64,000 nucleotides of DNA, from assembly GCA_977017645.1 (NCBI GenBank), contig OZ360245.1:37820001-37884000 (forward strand), given 5' to 3'. Each line of letters begins with the position of its first letter. The stretch's first letter is position 1. Source of the DNA: Torpedo marmorata (Eukaryota). The position numbers were made by a program, and so were the translations under genes. Below are positions 25,095 through 36,199 of the stretch, piece after piece. The notes beneath the pieces were generated by a model that was not told where the DNA came from, searched no databases, and saw only the letters and a program-made list of their open reading frames with translations.

Positions 25095-26470
25095 AGTCAG
25101 TGAGCTGCTGGAGGACCTCAGTAGGTCAGGCAACATCCATGGGCAAAAATGGTCAGTCATTTGGGACCCTTGATCAAAGCTAAAGTAAAAAGGAGGTGAT
25201 ATTCCGAATATGAAGGAGAAAAGAAGTTGGAGAGGGGCTGAGGTGATAAGGTATTGGACAGTAGGTGGGAGAGGTGGAGACCATTGCGAGCTGGGGGCAG
25301 AAGTTGGAGAGAAAAGTAACAACAGCATAGGGTGGGTGCCAGAACAAGTCTTAGCGGGGGGCACAATCTGACTTTCAAAAACTCACTCAGCGGGTTGGGG
25401 GGGGGGGGGTGGTGGTGGTGCCTACCTGCCTACCATGAACCTCCTCCGGGCAGCGCTGCCTCCATCCCCCTCCCTCCCCCTCTGACGTTCCCCTCCGATG
25501 TAACAGACAAATGCACTGCTTATATTGCGGACTAGTGACGCTAGACGCTAGTGACGCTAGGCTGCGGGTGGGGTGGCAATGGCCGCGAGAGGGTGGGGGG
25601 GCTCACAATACCTCGTTTGAGGGGGGCAATGCCCGCGAATGCCCCCCCCCCCTTGGTGCCGACCCTGAACAGCAGGAGGTAACGAAGAGTTGGAAACAAT
25701 GGTTTTCATGCTGTTGGGTTTAAGGCAGTCCAGGGGGAAAATGAAGTGTTGTTCCTCAAGTTTACGTTTGGCCTCCGCCGACAATGGATGAGGCTGAGGA
25801 CAGACCTGTCAAGATGGAAATGGTGAGGGGTTTGAAATGGTTGGTGACAGAAAGTTCAACCTTAGATCCACAAACAGAGCGCAGGTGTTCAGCGAAGAGG
25901 TCACCCAATCGGCGTTTTTTGTCTCACCGATGTTGAGGCCACACCGAGTACACAGAATGCAGTAGATTAGGTTGGGCGGTGTGAATGTAAAGCTCTGCTT
26001 CACCTGAAAGGTCTGTTTGTGGCCCTGGATGGAGGTGAGCAAGAAGATGTGAGGACAAGTTTTGCACTTTCTACGATTACAGTGAGAAGTGCCGAAGGGG
26101 ATGGAAGGGTGGGTGGGGAGGGAAAAGCGAACCTCGGAGGCACTGGTCCCTGTAAAAAGCAGTTAGAGGTGGGTAGGGGAAGATGTGGGTGCTGGTAGGA
26201 TCCTGTTGAAGTAGATGAGTGTCGAGTATAATGTGTCTAATGTAGAGGCGATGGGGTAGAAACTGAAGACCAAAGGGACTCTCTCCTTGCATGGGAGGAG
26301 GTGGGTAAAGGTAAAGGTTCCATTATTGTCACGTAATATGTAACATACATGAAATTCTTTAACTTTGTCTTCCGTAAATCCACATGTATTAAAGAGGATA
26401 TTTTGGATGTCCAGCAGTGGAAAGTCTCATCCTGGGAATAGTTGCGATGAAGGCGGAGTTATTGGGGGAA
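25095..26470 (-). mobile_element. Degraded Penelope-like element
   Basis: KQTFQVKQSFT..NLIYCILCTRCGLNIGET and LEEQHFIF remnants; pLTR-like tail near 25100-25180. Confidence 0.8.
25328..25667. mobile_element. GC-rich non-autonomous DNA transposon (hAT-like termini) nested in Penelope
   Basis: Imperfect TIRs TAGGGTGGGTGCCA / TGGTGCCGACCCTG. AACAGCA is duplicated at 25321-25327 and 25668-25674. Confidence 0.65.
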
Positions 26471-26600
26471 AGAGTTTGAAATCCACTGTTTTAATCGTAC
26501 CTAATTGACTCGTTATGTGCACGGTTTCATAACTCCAAAGGAAATGGGCCAATGACAATTTTTATCAAGCAAAATGTTTCAGTAACAATTGGGTCTGGAG

Positions 26601-26720
26601 CAGTGGTTCTCAACCTTTTTTTTCCCCCACTCACATACCACCTTAAGTAATCCCTTACTAATCACAGAGGCATAGGGATCACTTAAGGTGGTATGTAAGT
26701 GGAAAGTTTGAAAACCACAG
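26601..26720. mobile_element. hAT/Charlie-like palindromic MITE
   Basis: CAGTGGTTCTCAACC...GTTTGAAAACCACAG termini; internal inverted CATACCACCTTAAGT / ACTTAAGGTGGTATG. Confidence 0.75.
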
Positions 26721-27787
26721 GGATTGTTGAGTAGGTTTAAAAATATAGGTCAGTACAACATCGTGAGCTGAAGGGCCTGTACTGTGCTGTGATGTTTGAT
26801 ATAAAAAGTGTTCTCTAAGGCTGAAGAAATATGTGGAACGTTCTAGATTCTTTCCAGGTTGCTCCCCAATTCCTCTGAGCGCACAATGATAGAAGAAAAC
26901 AGTTGGCACTGTTTCCTTCAGCTTCATTTGCAGTCAGAAATCTTGGGGGTGAAATCTGTGAGGCAGAAACATGATCATGTGGATTTTTGGCTCCTGTATC
27001 TTCAGCTACCCCAGGAAATGCTCAGTGTACCGAAACAATGAAGAGGAAACTGCAGCCATCAAACTCTTTTAATCAAGGTTGGACATTCTACTTTATTATA
27101 TTTGTTTGAATTGTCTTGTTCTCTTCAGTCCATCATTCAATGTAAAAGTTAAAGCTGAATATGTGTGAGCAATGCCCGTGAAGATGAGTTGTATTCTGTT
27201 AGCCTTTCAATCATTGTCGAAGTCAATCTACAGGGCGCTTGGAACTGTACATCAGCTGGAAGCTGTGTGCTTAAGATCCTGTATCATTCAATTGGTTAAA
27301 AGCCTTTCAATAAGATCATGGTTGATCAGATCCTGACCTCAGCGATGCTTTCCCACTTTCTCCCAGTTCCCTTGATTCTCATGTAGTTTAAATATCAGTC
27401 AGTTTCTACCTTGAATATATTTGATGACTCTGGTCATCCAAAGTATTACGGTGACTTCGCTCCACCAATAGTCACCTGGAGGCTAAGTGTGGTCCTTGTC
27501 TTTGACGCGTTTTAATCAATTTACTAACAAAGTCCAATATGTTCAAAAACCTTTATTTTCACACATGACTTGCAGTAATCTTCAATGACTTTAATATAAA
27601 CAGTTCTTGTAAACGATGTATGATGAGTTCCTTTAAATAGTTCTTTAAACAATTCCAAAACGATATGAAAACACTGTAGAACAATGGAAAAGTTATAAAA
27701 CGCTATAAAACGGTCAATAAAGATGTGGAGACCTCACTCACCCACCAAACATTTTATTCTTTCCTTCTCTCTCTCTCTCTCTTGATT

Positions 27788-28068
27788 TGCGCATGCCCAA
27801 TTAGCTCCTAAACCAATGCGCATCCTACCCCGCGCATACTACATTTCCCAGACCGCAACGCGCACAATGACGTCACTCCACACTACGCATGCGTCCGTCG
27901 GCACTCCCGCGCATGCGCAGATCAAAGAACGGGCCGACGACGGCCTACAGAACAACGCGAGCGCTCCATGGCCCGACGTGGCCTCGGAGCGCTCCGAGGA
28001 CGGCCTGGTGAACAACGCGAGCGCTCCAAGGCCCGACGAGACATCGGAGCGCCGCAACAACGGTAAGT
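27788..28068 (+). promoter_or_regulatory. CpG-rich promoter-like motif cluster followed by a 5' splice donor
   Basis: CCAAT x2 (27797, 27813), ACTACATTTCCCAGA (ZNF143/SBS-type, 27838), TGACGTCA (27868), GCGCATGCGC (NRF1-type, 27909), donor CG|GTAAGT at 28063. Confidence 0.5.
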
Positions 28069-29261
28069 TAATGAGCCTACGGCTCTTACACAAAGATTCA
28101 CACCTTCTCTCTTGTCTTAAAATGCAGACCTCCAATTCTGAAACCATGTCCTGTTTCAAGGTACCCCCACTGGACAAAACATCCTCTTGGCATTCACCCT
28201 CACAATCTTATGGGTTTCAATATGATTTCATCTCATTTTTCTGAATTGCAATGGGTGTAGACAATTCTGTGCAACCTTTATTCATGCATCAACCCCTTCA
28301 TACGCTGTAAACAACTGAGTAAAGCTTGGTGCACAGCCTCCAAAGAGAGGATAGGCAACCCTGTGTAATGGCAATTTGAGTCATTGGAAATTCAGCCTTG
28401 CAGAATTCACAAGCACGACCCAAAAAAGCTGGGTTAAGAAATAAAAATGTGTGTGAAAAAAGTAAGTAAATAAACACAAAATTTATTATTCTCAGCTCTC
28501 ATTTCTTGATGCATGCACACACGACAAAGCTTGGTGTTACCGAAAACCGCAATTCAGATCATTTTCTAGAACGCCATGAGGGTCGTTGCCTCTGTACCCT
28601 TTTTTAAATACGAAGACGACAACTGTCTGCCATCCTCCAAATGTATCTAAACTTTACATGCATCTCGATTCTATTATAAATTGCTGCTCGCCAACTTTGG
28701 CCAAATTATGACCCCCCCCCCCCCCCCAAATCTTGTACATTCTTATCTCATACAGAATCCTTATTGAATGCCTTCTGGAGACCCATAAGCACTCCAGCTA
28801 CCAGGTCCTCCTCTTCCACTCAGATTGTTATATCGTCAAGGAACGCAAGCATGCTTGTCAAATATGATTTCCCTATGTTGATTTTGGATACAGTACTAAG
28901 TGACCCGCCTTTAGTTCCATAATAATGAGTTTCAGCATTCTCCCAATGACAGACATTAAACTAACTGACCTGTGCTTTCTTGATTTCTATCTCCTTCCTT
29001 TTATGTTGTGTTTTTCCAATCCCCTGGAACCGCTTAGGAATTCTGGTAGATTACAACCGTTTTAAAGAATCCAAACCTCCTGAAATCATTATTAAACTGT
29101 AAGTACAAATATTCAGTCTTAACCTCCTCAGTGGAGAAGAATGATTTTAACTAAGCTTGTTCCTAACTGGATACATGCAAAGCTTTTTAGTCAAGGGCTA
29201 AAGGCTAACTTATTTGAACAATATTAACTAAACTGCAACTACAAGAAAGTAAATATTAAAA

Positions 29262-29560
29262 TAGAACATAGAAATCTGCAGCACAGTACAGGCCCTTCGG
29301 CCACAGTGTTGTGTCGACCTAATAACCTACTCTTAACAGCTGCCTAGAATTTCCCGACTGTACAACCCTTCATTTACTCAGTTCCATGTACCTATCTAAT
29401 TAATACTCTCTTAAAATATCCTATTGTACCTGCTTCCACCACCATTGTCAGCAGTGCATTCCATGCACCCACCATCCTCTGTGTGAAAAATTTACCTCTT
29501 GCTGTACTTAGTCCCAGGCACCTTAAAACTATGCCCCCTTCTGTTAGCCAATTCAGCCTT
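29262..29560 (-). mobile_element. CR1 LINE 3' end
   Basis: Reverse-complement CR1 tail (ATAGAACATAGAA...CAGGCCCTTCGGCC) and RVVGAWNAL-type remnant. Confidence 0.75.
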
Positions 29561-31173
29561 GTCCCGAATTTCTTTTTGTAATTGCTGCTTAATAGTTACT
29601 GTTGGAAAGAATACACATCAGGTGAAAATATGACCATGATTAATGGAGAAGTTATCCAAGATTGGATCGCTGTTGAAACGCACCATTTGGTCACCAGAGA
29701 ACTGTTCTTGTCTGTAAAAGTTGAGAATCTTTTGAGTAACCATATTCACTGTGATAAGGGCAGGGTGGATGGAGGGTGAGTGCAATTTTCTGTTAAGACG
29801 TTAATGATGCTAAAATGAATCGGATGAATATCCTTAGTTCCCAAAAGAAAATGTTCAGTGAAGAAGAGGCTTATGCAATGCAGCAGATAAGACATCAGTA
29901 TTGTTTTTTTAAACAGCGACAGCCAGAGTAAAGCCTGAATTATCAAGGTCATGTCGCACCTTTGGAAACGATAGGGTATTTTGTCAATGGTAATTAGCTT
30001 CCAATTATGGTCAAAACATTATATTATAACCACTTTGTTGTCTGGTGACAGCCTTTGATCATGTTGCTTCAAAATCTGGCCGTATTTATGGCTCCGTGTG
30101 ATGCATGCTTCCTGTCAAACTTAAAATAACAGTAAATGCTGCTGAACAGGCCCCACCTGCTGAGCTGAATGCTCTGAATCCCTTTGGCAGGTCAGCCATT
30201 CCTCTGCAGAGACGGCTTCCGTCTGTTGTGGAGGTAGTTTATAGAAGCTGCAATAGTGGAATATGTTTTTGAAGAGGCTTACAAAATCTAAATGACACTG
30301 ACAATATTCATCCTAAATTTGCAAAGCACTCAAATCTCCAAAGCCTTGGGTATGTATAGTTCATGTGGCACATTTTAGCTAATATAAACCTGTCAGAAAA
30401 CCTGTTGCCAAAGCTTCCATTGAGCATAATCCAATCTTATTCTTGCAATGTTCTGAGTATGCTTGGTGACATGTTAAGCCTTTGAGTATTACATTCCTCT
30501 GGAGCTTTAGATTTCCTCTACCGTCATAAAAGATGGTTGGAGAAACTGACAACATAATGTTTAATCACTTGTAGCAGAATATTCTCCTGATTAAATTGAT
30601 TTCTAACAAAAACATGAATAAAGGCAACCATGAAAGTCAAGTGAGAAATGTTTGAGCTTCAATTTAGCAGCAGATCTTTTCTTCATCAGCTTTTCCACCC
30701 ATGTTTTAATGCAAACAGCTATAAAATGTACCATTAATACAAGCTTGTTGAATTTTTAATGAGGTTGCGTTGTACTGATAAATCACTTTATAAGAAACTG
30801 CAGGCATGATAGTGACAGGTTGAAAATTTTTCGTGGTGGCTGCATTAATTTGTTTTAATGATTCTTGTTTGAATCTCTGAGCCGGGGTTGTTCCGTTGTG
30901 GCTTGTACAGTATTTCTCGTGCACCAAACATAAAGCTTGCACCGTGTAAGACACTCAGTGACTGTAAATCTACCTGGGAGCTCTTAGTTGTGCTTTTTAG
31001 AGGTGGTTCAATGGTTTGACTTTCTGTGGGAAGATTGCACTCTAAAAGCTTTTCAAAATGGCATTATTATGAAGATTGCAGTAGAATTATAGTGCAGTAA
31101 TGGGCCATGATTTTGCTGCAATCTTCATAATAATTTCAGCGGCTTGATTTTAAGCTAAGTATTTGCGACTCAC

Positions 31174-31346
31174 GGTGTTGGTATCAGTAATGTTTTCTTC
31201 CGCGAAATCCAAGCCACACCGACTCATAAACTCCACAGGAACGGAACGAGATGCTTCCTCTTTCTTGTATGATAAAAAATGCCAGTGCAACAAGGTGGAT
31301 TTCTCTCGGTCACAGTACAATTTCAGGTGATCAGAATCCTGTGCGC
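31174..31346 (-). other. Candidate internal exon (unassigned)
   Basis: Weak AAG acceptor, donor ACC|GTGAGT, 173 nt open in one frame; phase-compatible with 33575-33638. No recognised homology. Confidence 0.25.
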
Positions 31347-32130
31347 CTTTGGGTAAATGAATGAAATTGGCTAATTTTATGGTTGTATTGGTCTTCAGAT
31401 GATAAATGGATAACAACTTGTGTTTGTACAATGTCTTTAACTGAGCACAATGCAGGAGTTGTGCAGGGCTCCAATCCAGCAGAATTTCATTACCAGGCCA
31501 GATCAGCAGTTTGGAGAGATGTTATAAGGAGCTTCACAAGGGAGGAAATAGAAGTAGAGAGCTAAAGATTTGGGGAGGGAATTACAGTGTTCAGAATCTC
31601 AACAGAATCACAAAACTGGAAGCAGCATGTGATCTTTAGATTCAGCTGATATTGTATCTTGTCCAAAATTATAACAATTGAATCAAAGTGGTGACCTATA
31701 CTCAGGGATGTACGAGAGACTGCAGATGCTGGAATCTGGAGCAAAAGCCCTCAGCAGGTCGAGCAACATCAGTGGGAGAAATGAGAGACGTCAAAAGGGA
31801 AATTACTCAGGGTGAGAATAAGTTCTGCCAGATGGATGAGAGAGTTGGTGCAGGGAAACTAGTTGGATTGTTATTCCATGAAAAAGTGGAGGGCTTTAAA
31901 CCCTTCCTGATGGGAGGTGTACAGAGACCATGGTATCCATGGTGAAGATGAGGCTGTGGGAGCCAGGGAATCAGAAGTTGTCAGAATAGTGGAGTGATGC
32001 GAGGCATCCCAGTTGTAGGTGGGAAGAGATTGGACAAGGGGAGAAAGGATGGAGTCAAGGTATGAAGATATATTTTTGGTGGGGGAAGAGCAGGTGAAAA
32101 CAATGGGCCCATCAGGACAGTCTTGTTTTT

Positions 32131-32675
32131 GAATCAGAATCAGAATCAGAATTTATTGTCATGAACAAGTCATGAAATTCGGTGTTTTGCGGTAGCATCA
32201 TAGTGCAATTAACATTCATATTATAACCATCATACGACATTACTATAAAAAATTATAAATAATAGTGCACGAAAAGTAAGGCAGTGTCTTTGGTTCATTG
32301 ATTATTCAGGAATCTGATGGCAGCGGGGAAGAAGCTGTCCTTGTGACGTTGAGTGCTCGTCTTTAGGCTCCTGTACCTTTTTCCCGATGGTAGCAGAGTG
32401 AAGAGGGCATGGCCTGGGTGGTGGGGATCTTTGAGGATAGAGGCTGCTTTTTTAAGACACCTCCTCATGTAGATGTCCTCGATGTAGTGAAGTTTGGTGC
32501 CTCTGGAGTTTACTCTTGTCCTGAGAGTTGGCACCTCCATACCAGGCAGTGATGCAACCAGCCAGAATGCTCTCCATGGTACACCTGTAGAAGTTTACGA
32601 GAGTCTTCGGTGACATACCGAATCTCCTCAGACACCTCACAAAGTATAGCCGCTGGCGAGCCTTCTTTGTGATTA
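32131..32675 (-). mobile_element. Rex1/Babar-like LINE 3' fragment
   Basis: KKARQRLYFVRCLRRFG..ESILAGCITAWYG and ILKDPHHPGHALFTLLPSGKRYRS; (GAATCA)n tail. Confidence 0.88.
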
Positions 32676-32774
32676 CACAAAATTTTCTTTTGCCTGCCGT
32701 AGGAGACATTGGGAGCATGATAAATTTTCTTGGAGTGGAAGCATTGGTGCACTTTCTTGGCTGTAGCCTCAACA

Positions 32775-33012
32775 GGGCGGCACAGTTAGCGTAGCAGTTA
32801 GCGCAACACTGTTACAGCGCCAGCAGCAGGGGTTCGAATCTAGCGCTGTCTGTAAGGAGCTTGTACATTCTCCCTGTGTCTGCATGGGTTTCCTCCGGTT
32901 GCTCCGGCTTCCTCCCACCGTTCAAAACGTACTGGGATTTGTAGGTTAATTGGGTGTAATTGGGCGGCACGGACTGATGGGCCAAAAGGGCCTGTTACCG
33001 TGCTGTATGTAT
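32775..33012 (+). mobile_element. Full-length SINE
   Basis: Head, B-box GGTTCGAATC, V core and tail. Confidence 0.88.
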
Positions 33013-33574
33013 GTCGAAATGTCTACGTTTTACATTTTTAGACATTTCTAAATGTTTAAAAACCTGGTTGGACCAGGATAAATTGTTGATAATATTTACT
33101 CCAAAAAATCTGAAGCTGACTGCAATCTCTCCCTCAACACAACAGATGCAGATAGGGGTGTGTGCTTTCTGAAATCAATGATCAGCATCTATGAGGGAGG
33201 AGTTGTTATCCCAATATCATCCCACTCGATTCTCCATCTCTTTCCTTTCAGCAACGTAAGAGACTTTATGTTTGGAGAATCTCTAGGTCAGGGCTGCTCT
33301 TCAGAATCAAAATGTCATTCATTGAATTAGGGGATCAGCTTGCATTTGACAAACTCTTCTGAATTCATTGCTGAATGTTCCTGAACAAACAACTTTGTCG
33401 ATTATGCAAATTTTGGCCAATCACAGCTTTGAGTTGGGTATTGAACTTCAACGATAATTTTTATTTTCCTTTCGTGAATCTTCAATCTTTAAAGGCTTTT
33501 AAGCAGATCTTCCAATGATGGTACCTCTATTAATTGATCTTGCATTCTTTCTGACACTTCCATTCATTACTTAC

Positions 33575-33638
33575 CTGGTTTCTCCTGTCTACTTTGCCAC
33601 TGCATTTTGCAGTCAGAGGATTCCATACCCCATGGATC
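33575..33638 (-). other. Candidate internal exon (unassigned)
   Basis: Acceptor TTTGTTTCGGGCCTCCTACACAG|G, consensus donor CAG|GTAAGT; 64 nt. Confidence 0.3.
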
Positions 33639-36199
33639 CTGTGTAGGAGGCCCGAAACAAAGCCATTAAATATTGGCATTTTCCCCCACACGTCAACAAG
33701 ATTGGGGCTTAATTGTGGAAATCCTGAATCATTGTAAGAGCTTGACATCTTTAACATGTGGCAGAGCAAGGCTTTCCCTCTGGAGAAGGTTTCCTCGGCA
33801 GTTTCCCTCTGGTTTCCCAGCAGTTTTGTTGATGGGTCTTGTCTTTATCCACCACATACCCCCATTAGATTGTGCGAGACCCTTGCACCTCTCAGAATTT
33901 CATTATTTTGTCCAGGGCACTCTCGAGGCCAGCAAATTTGGCCTCACAATCCAAACCAAGTTAGTGGTACTCAAGTGGAATTGGAACAGCGAGTATTGGG
34001 AATGGGCACTGCTCAGCAAATCTGGGCCATTGATCAACAACAAGATAATTAAATTGTTTTTGTGTTTGCAGTTGCAAAGTCACCGAGTTTCTTTTTTATT
34101 TGTTTAAGTTTTGTTTCAAATTTAATTTAGTAAAACAATCTAAAGGTGTAGACTTTGATATTGATAGCCTGAATCTCCACGTTTCAATAGTTCCTCTTCT
34201 AAAAGTAAAATACTGCAGGTGCTGAAAATCTGAAATGTACCACACAGTAGCTCAGGCAAAGTTTCAAGTTAAAGGACTTTTATTGGAACCTGAAATGTTA
34301 ACTCTGTTTCTCTCTCCACATACGTGGCCTGACCTACTGCTTTCAACGTCTTCTGTTTCATTAGCAGATCTTGCTTGTTTTATCTCATCCCAGTGAACTT
34401 CTTTGTCGCAACAGCGGAGAAGTAGAATGTGTAGTGGCAGGAGACCAGCCATAAATATTGTGCTCTGTTACATTTATGTGGTTGTATTAGAGATCAACCA
34501 ATGAGCACTTCAAAAAGGATATTGTATTTCAAGTTCCTCGCATCACATTTGTTTGCCGATGTGTTGGTTGGATGTAATATACTGCAAGTCATGAGTGCTC
34601 CCCGCAGGGACTGAGTGCCAAGCCTGCATTCAAAGAGATAGCTGGAGCTTCTGACATATTTTGTGGTGTATGAATGTGGAGTCTGTGAAACGGAAAGAAA
34701 AACAGCTTCTTCTGTCAAACTGTCAGTGAAAAATTTGAGCTTTTGTATTCAGTCAGCGCTGGGTAAAACATTGAAGAGTTTTTCAATAGCAAGTGTGTGC
34801 GAGCTCCCTAGTCTGATCAAGAATATATTTCAGGCGCACAATTTCGTACCAAGGCATTGTGTAACTGCATCTGACAGTATCCACTGCCCACTTCTTGTGT
34901 GAACCAAAAGAAGTTGTTTCTGAAATAAGCCACATCTTGTTTAAGAGAGTATATAGTCTACAGCTCCTCATGCAAATCCCACAGTCAATTGGTTGTCATG
35001 GGCTAAGAGCCAACCTCAGCCAAAGATTCCCCAAATAGTTTATCAGAAATTTGTTATACCAGGAGTGTGATTCCACATTCCACATATTGTGCAATGAATT
35101 CATTTGTCAAAATTAACTGTTTTTGACAACTGTGCCCTGACATAGTGTTGTTTATAGTGGGCGGGTGCTAGATATCTTTCTGTAATCTGCTGAGTAATTA
35201 CAGAACTGTGATATACAGAGAAAATAATGAAAAATTATTTATGTAGAGACATTGCAATCAACACATGGACCCTGATTTTAACTGGCTGGGTTTTGACACG
35301 TTCAATGGAATTAATACCTGGGCTCCTTCAGTGATCTCCCTCTGCCAAGATATCGTTGAAGTAACATGCAGTAATTTGTATATAAATTACTATTCCTTCA
35401 TCTCTTTTGATCCTGGAACTCCTGGAACATCCTGATCAACAGGATTTTGGAAATCTCTTCATCCCCAAAGATAGCAGTGCTTCAAGCAGATTCTCAATTC
35501 ATTGGAAGCTCTGCAGGAACCTGTGAATAATTCCAGGATGTAAAGAGACCTGGAGTTTTCTCAGCGAGTCTCCCAACTCAACTGGTTCATTCAAAGCAGG
35601 AAGGCATGGCCATGGAGGGCCACAGGGTTCCTTCTGGGGCTTTGAGGAAAATTCCTGCATTTCCTGATTCAACAAAGGATAAAGAAAAAAAAACTTCCCT
35701 TTCAACTTCCTCTTAGCAGGTCCTGCCTGGATTCATTAGTCAAGAAAACAATGATAGTTCACCCGTTTTGCTTTAAATTCAAATACTGTCATGAGGACCA
35801 GCATCCATCAGTAAAAAATAATTTCACTGTTGTCCAAAGAGCACGCAGCTCAGGATAAAAGGTTACCATCCCTACAATTGATGGGTTGGATTAAAATCGC
35901 TTCTTGGATTTAACACAAATTTTGCTCAAAATGCTTCAATTAGCACATTATACGATCTAATTTAACTGAAAACAAATTTGGACTAAATTACATTTACCAA
36001 ATAATTCAAAGTGTGATGCTATTAGAAATGATTGTCCAGTCATATTTACATTTAAAAAATCTTTTGGATCATTACTTAAAGAAGAAAAATTGTCAAGTGA
36101 ATAGAGGAATAAAAAGGGAATAAAGCTAATTGTAAGGGAAGGGAAGCAGAGCCGCTATGTTACTTGACTTACAATCCACTGGCTTCCAAAAATGATTTG

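Larger units (their letters stand above)
31715..33240 (-). mobile_element. Highly degraded Penelope-like element with nested Rex and SINE
   Basis: pLTR-like CTGCAGATGCTGGAATCTGGAGC at ~31720. RT-like remnants at 31900-32120 and 33060-33240. Confidence 0.55.

Noticed and set aside
29604-29776. Possible plus-strand exon ending at GTGAGT
   Set aside because: Weak acceptor next to CR1 debris and no recognisable homology.
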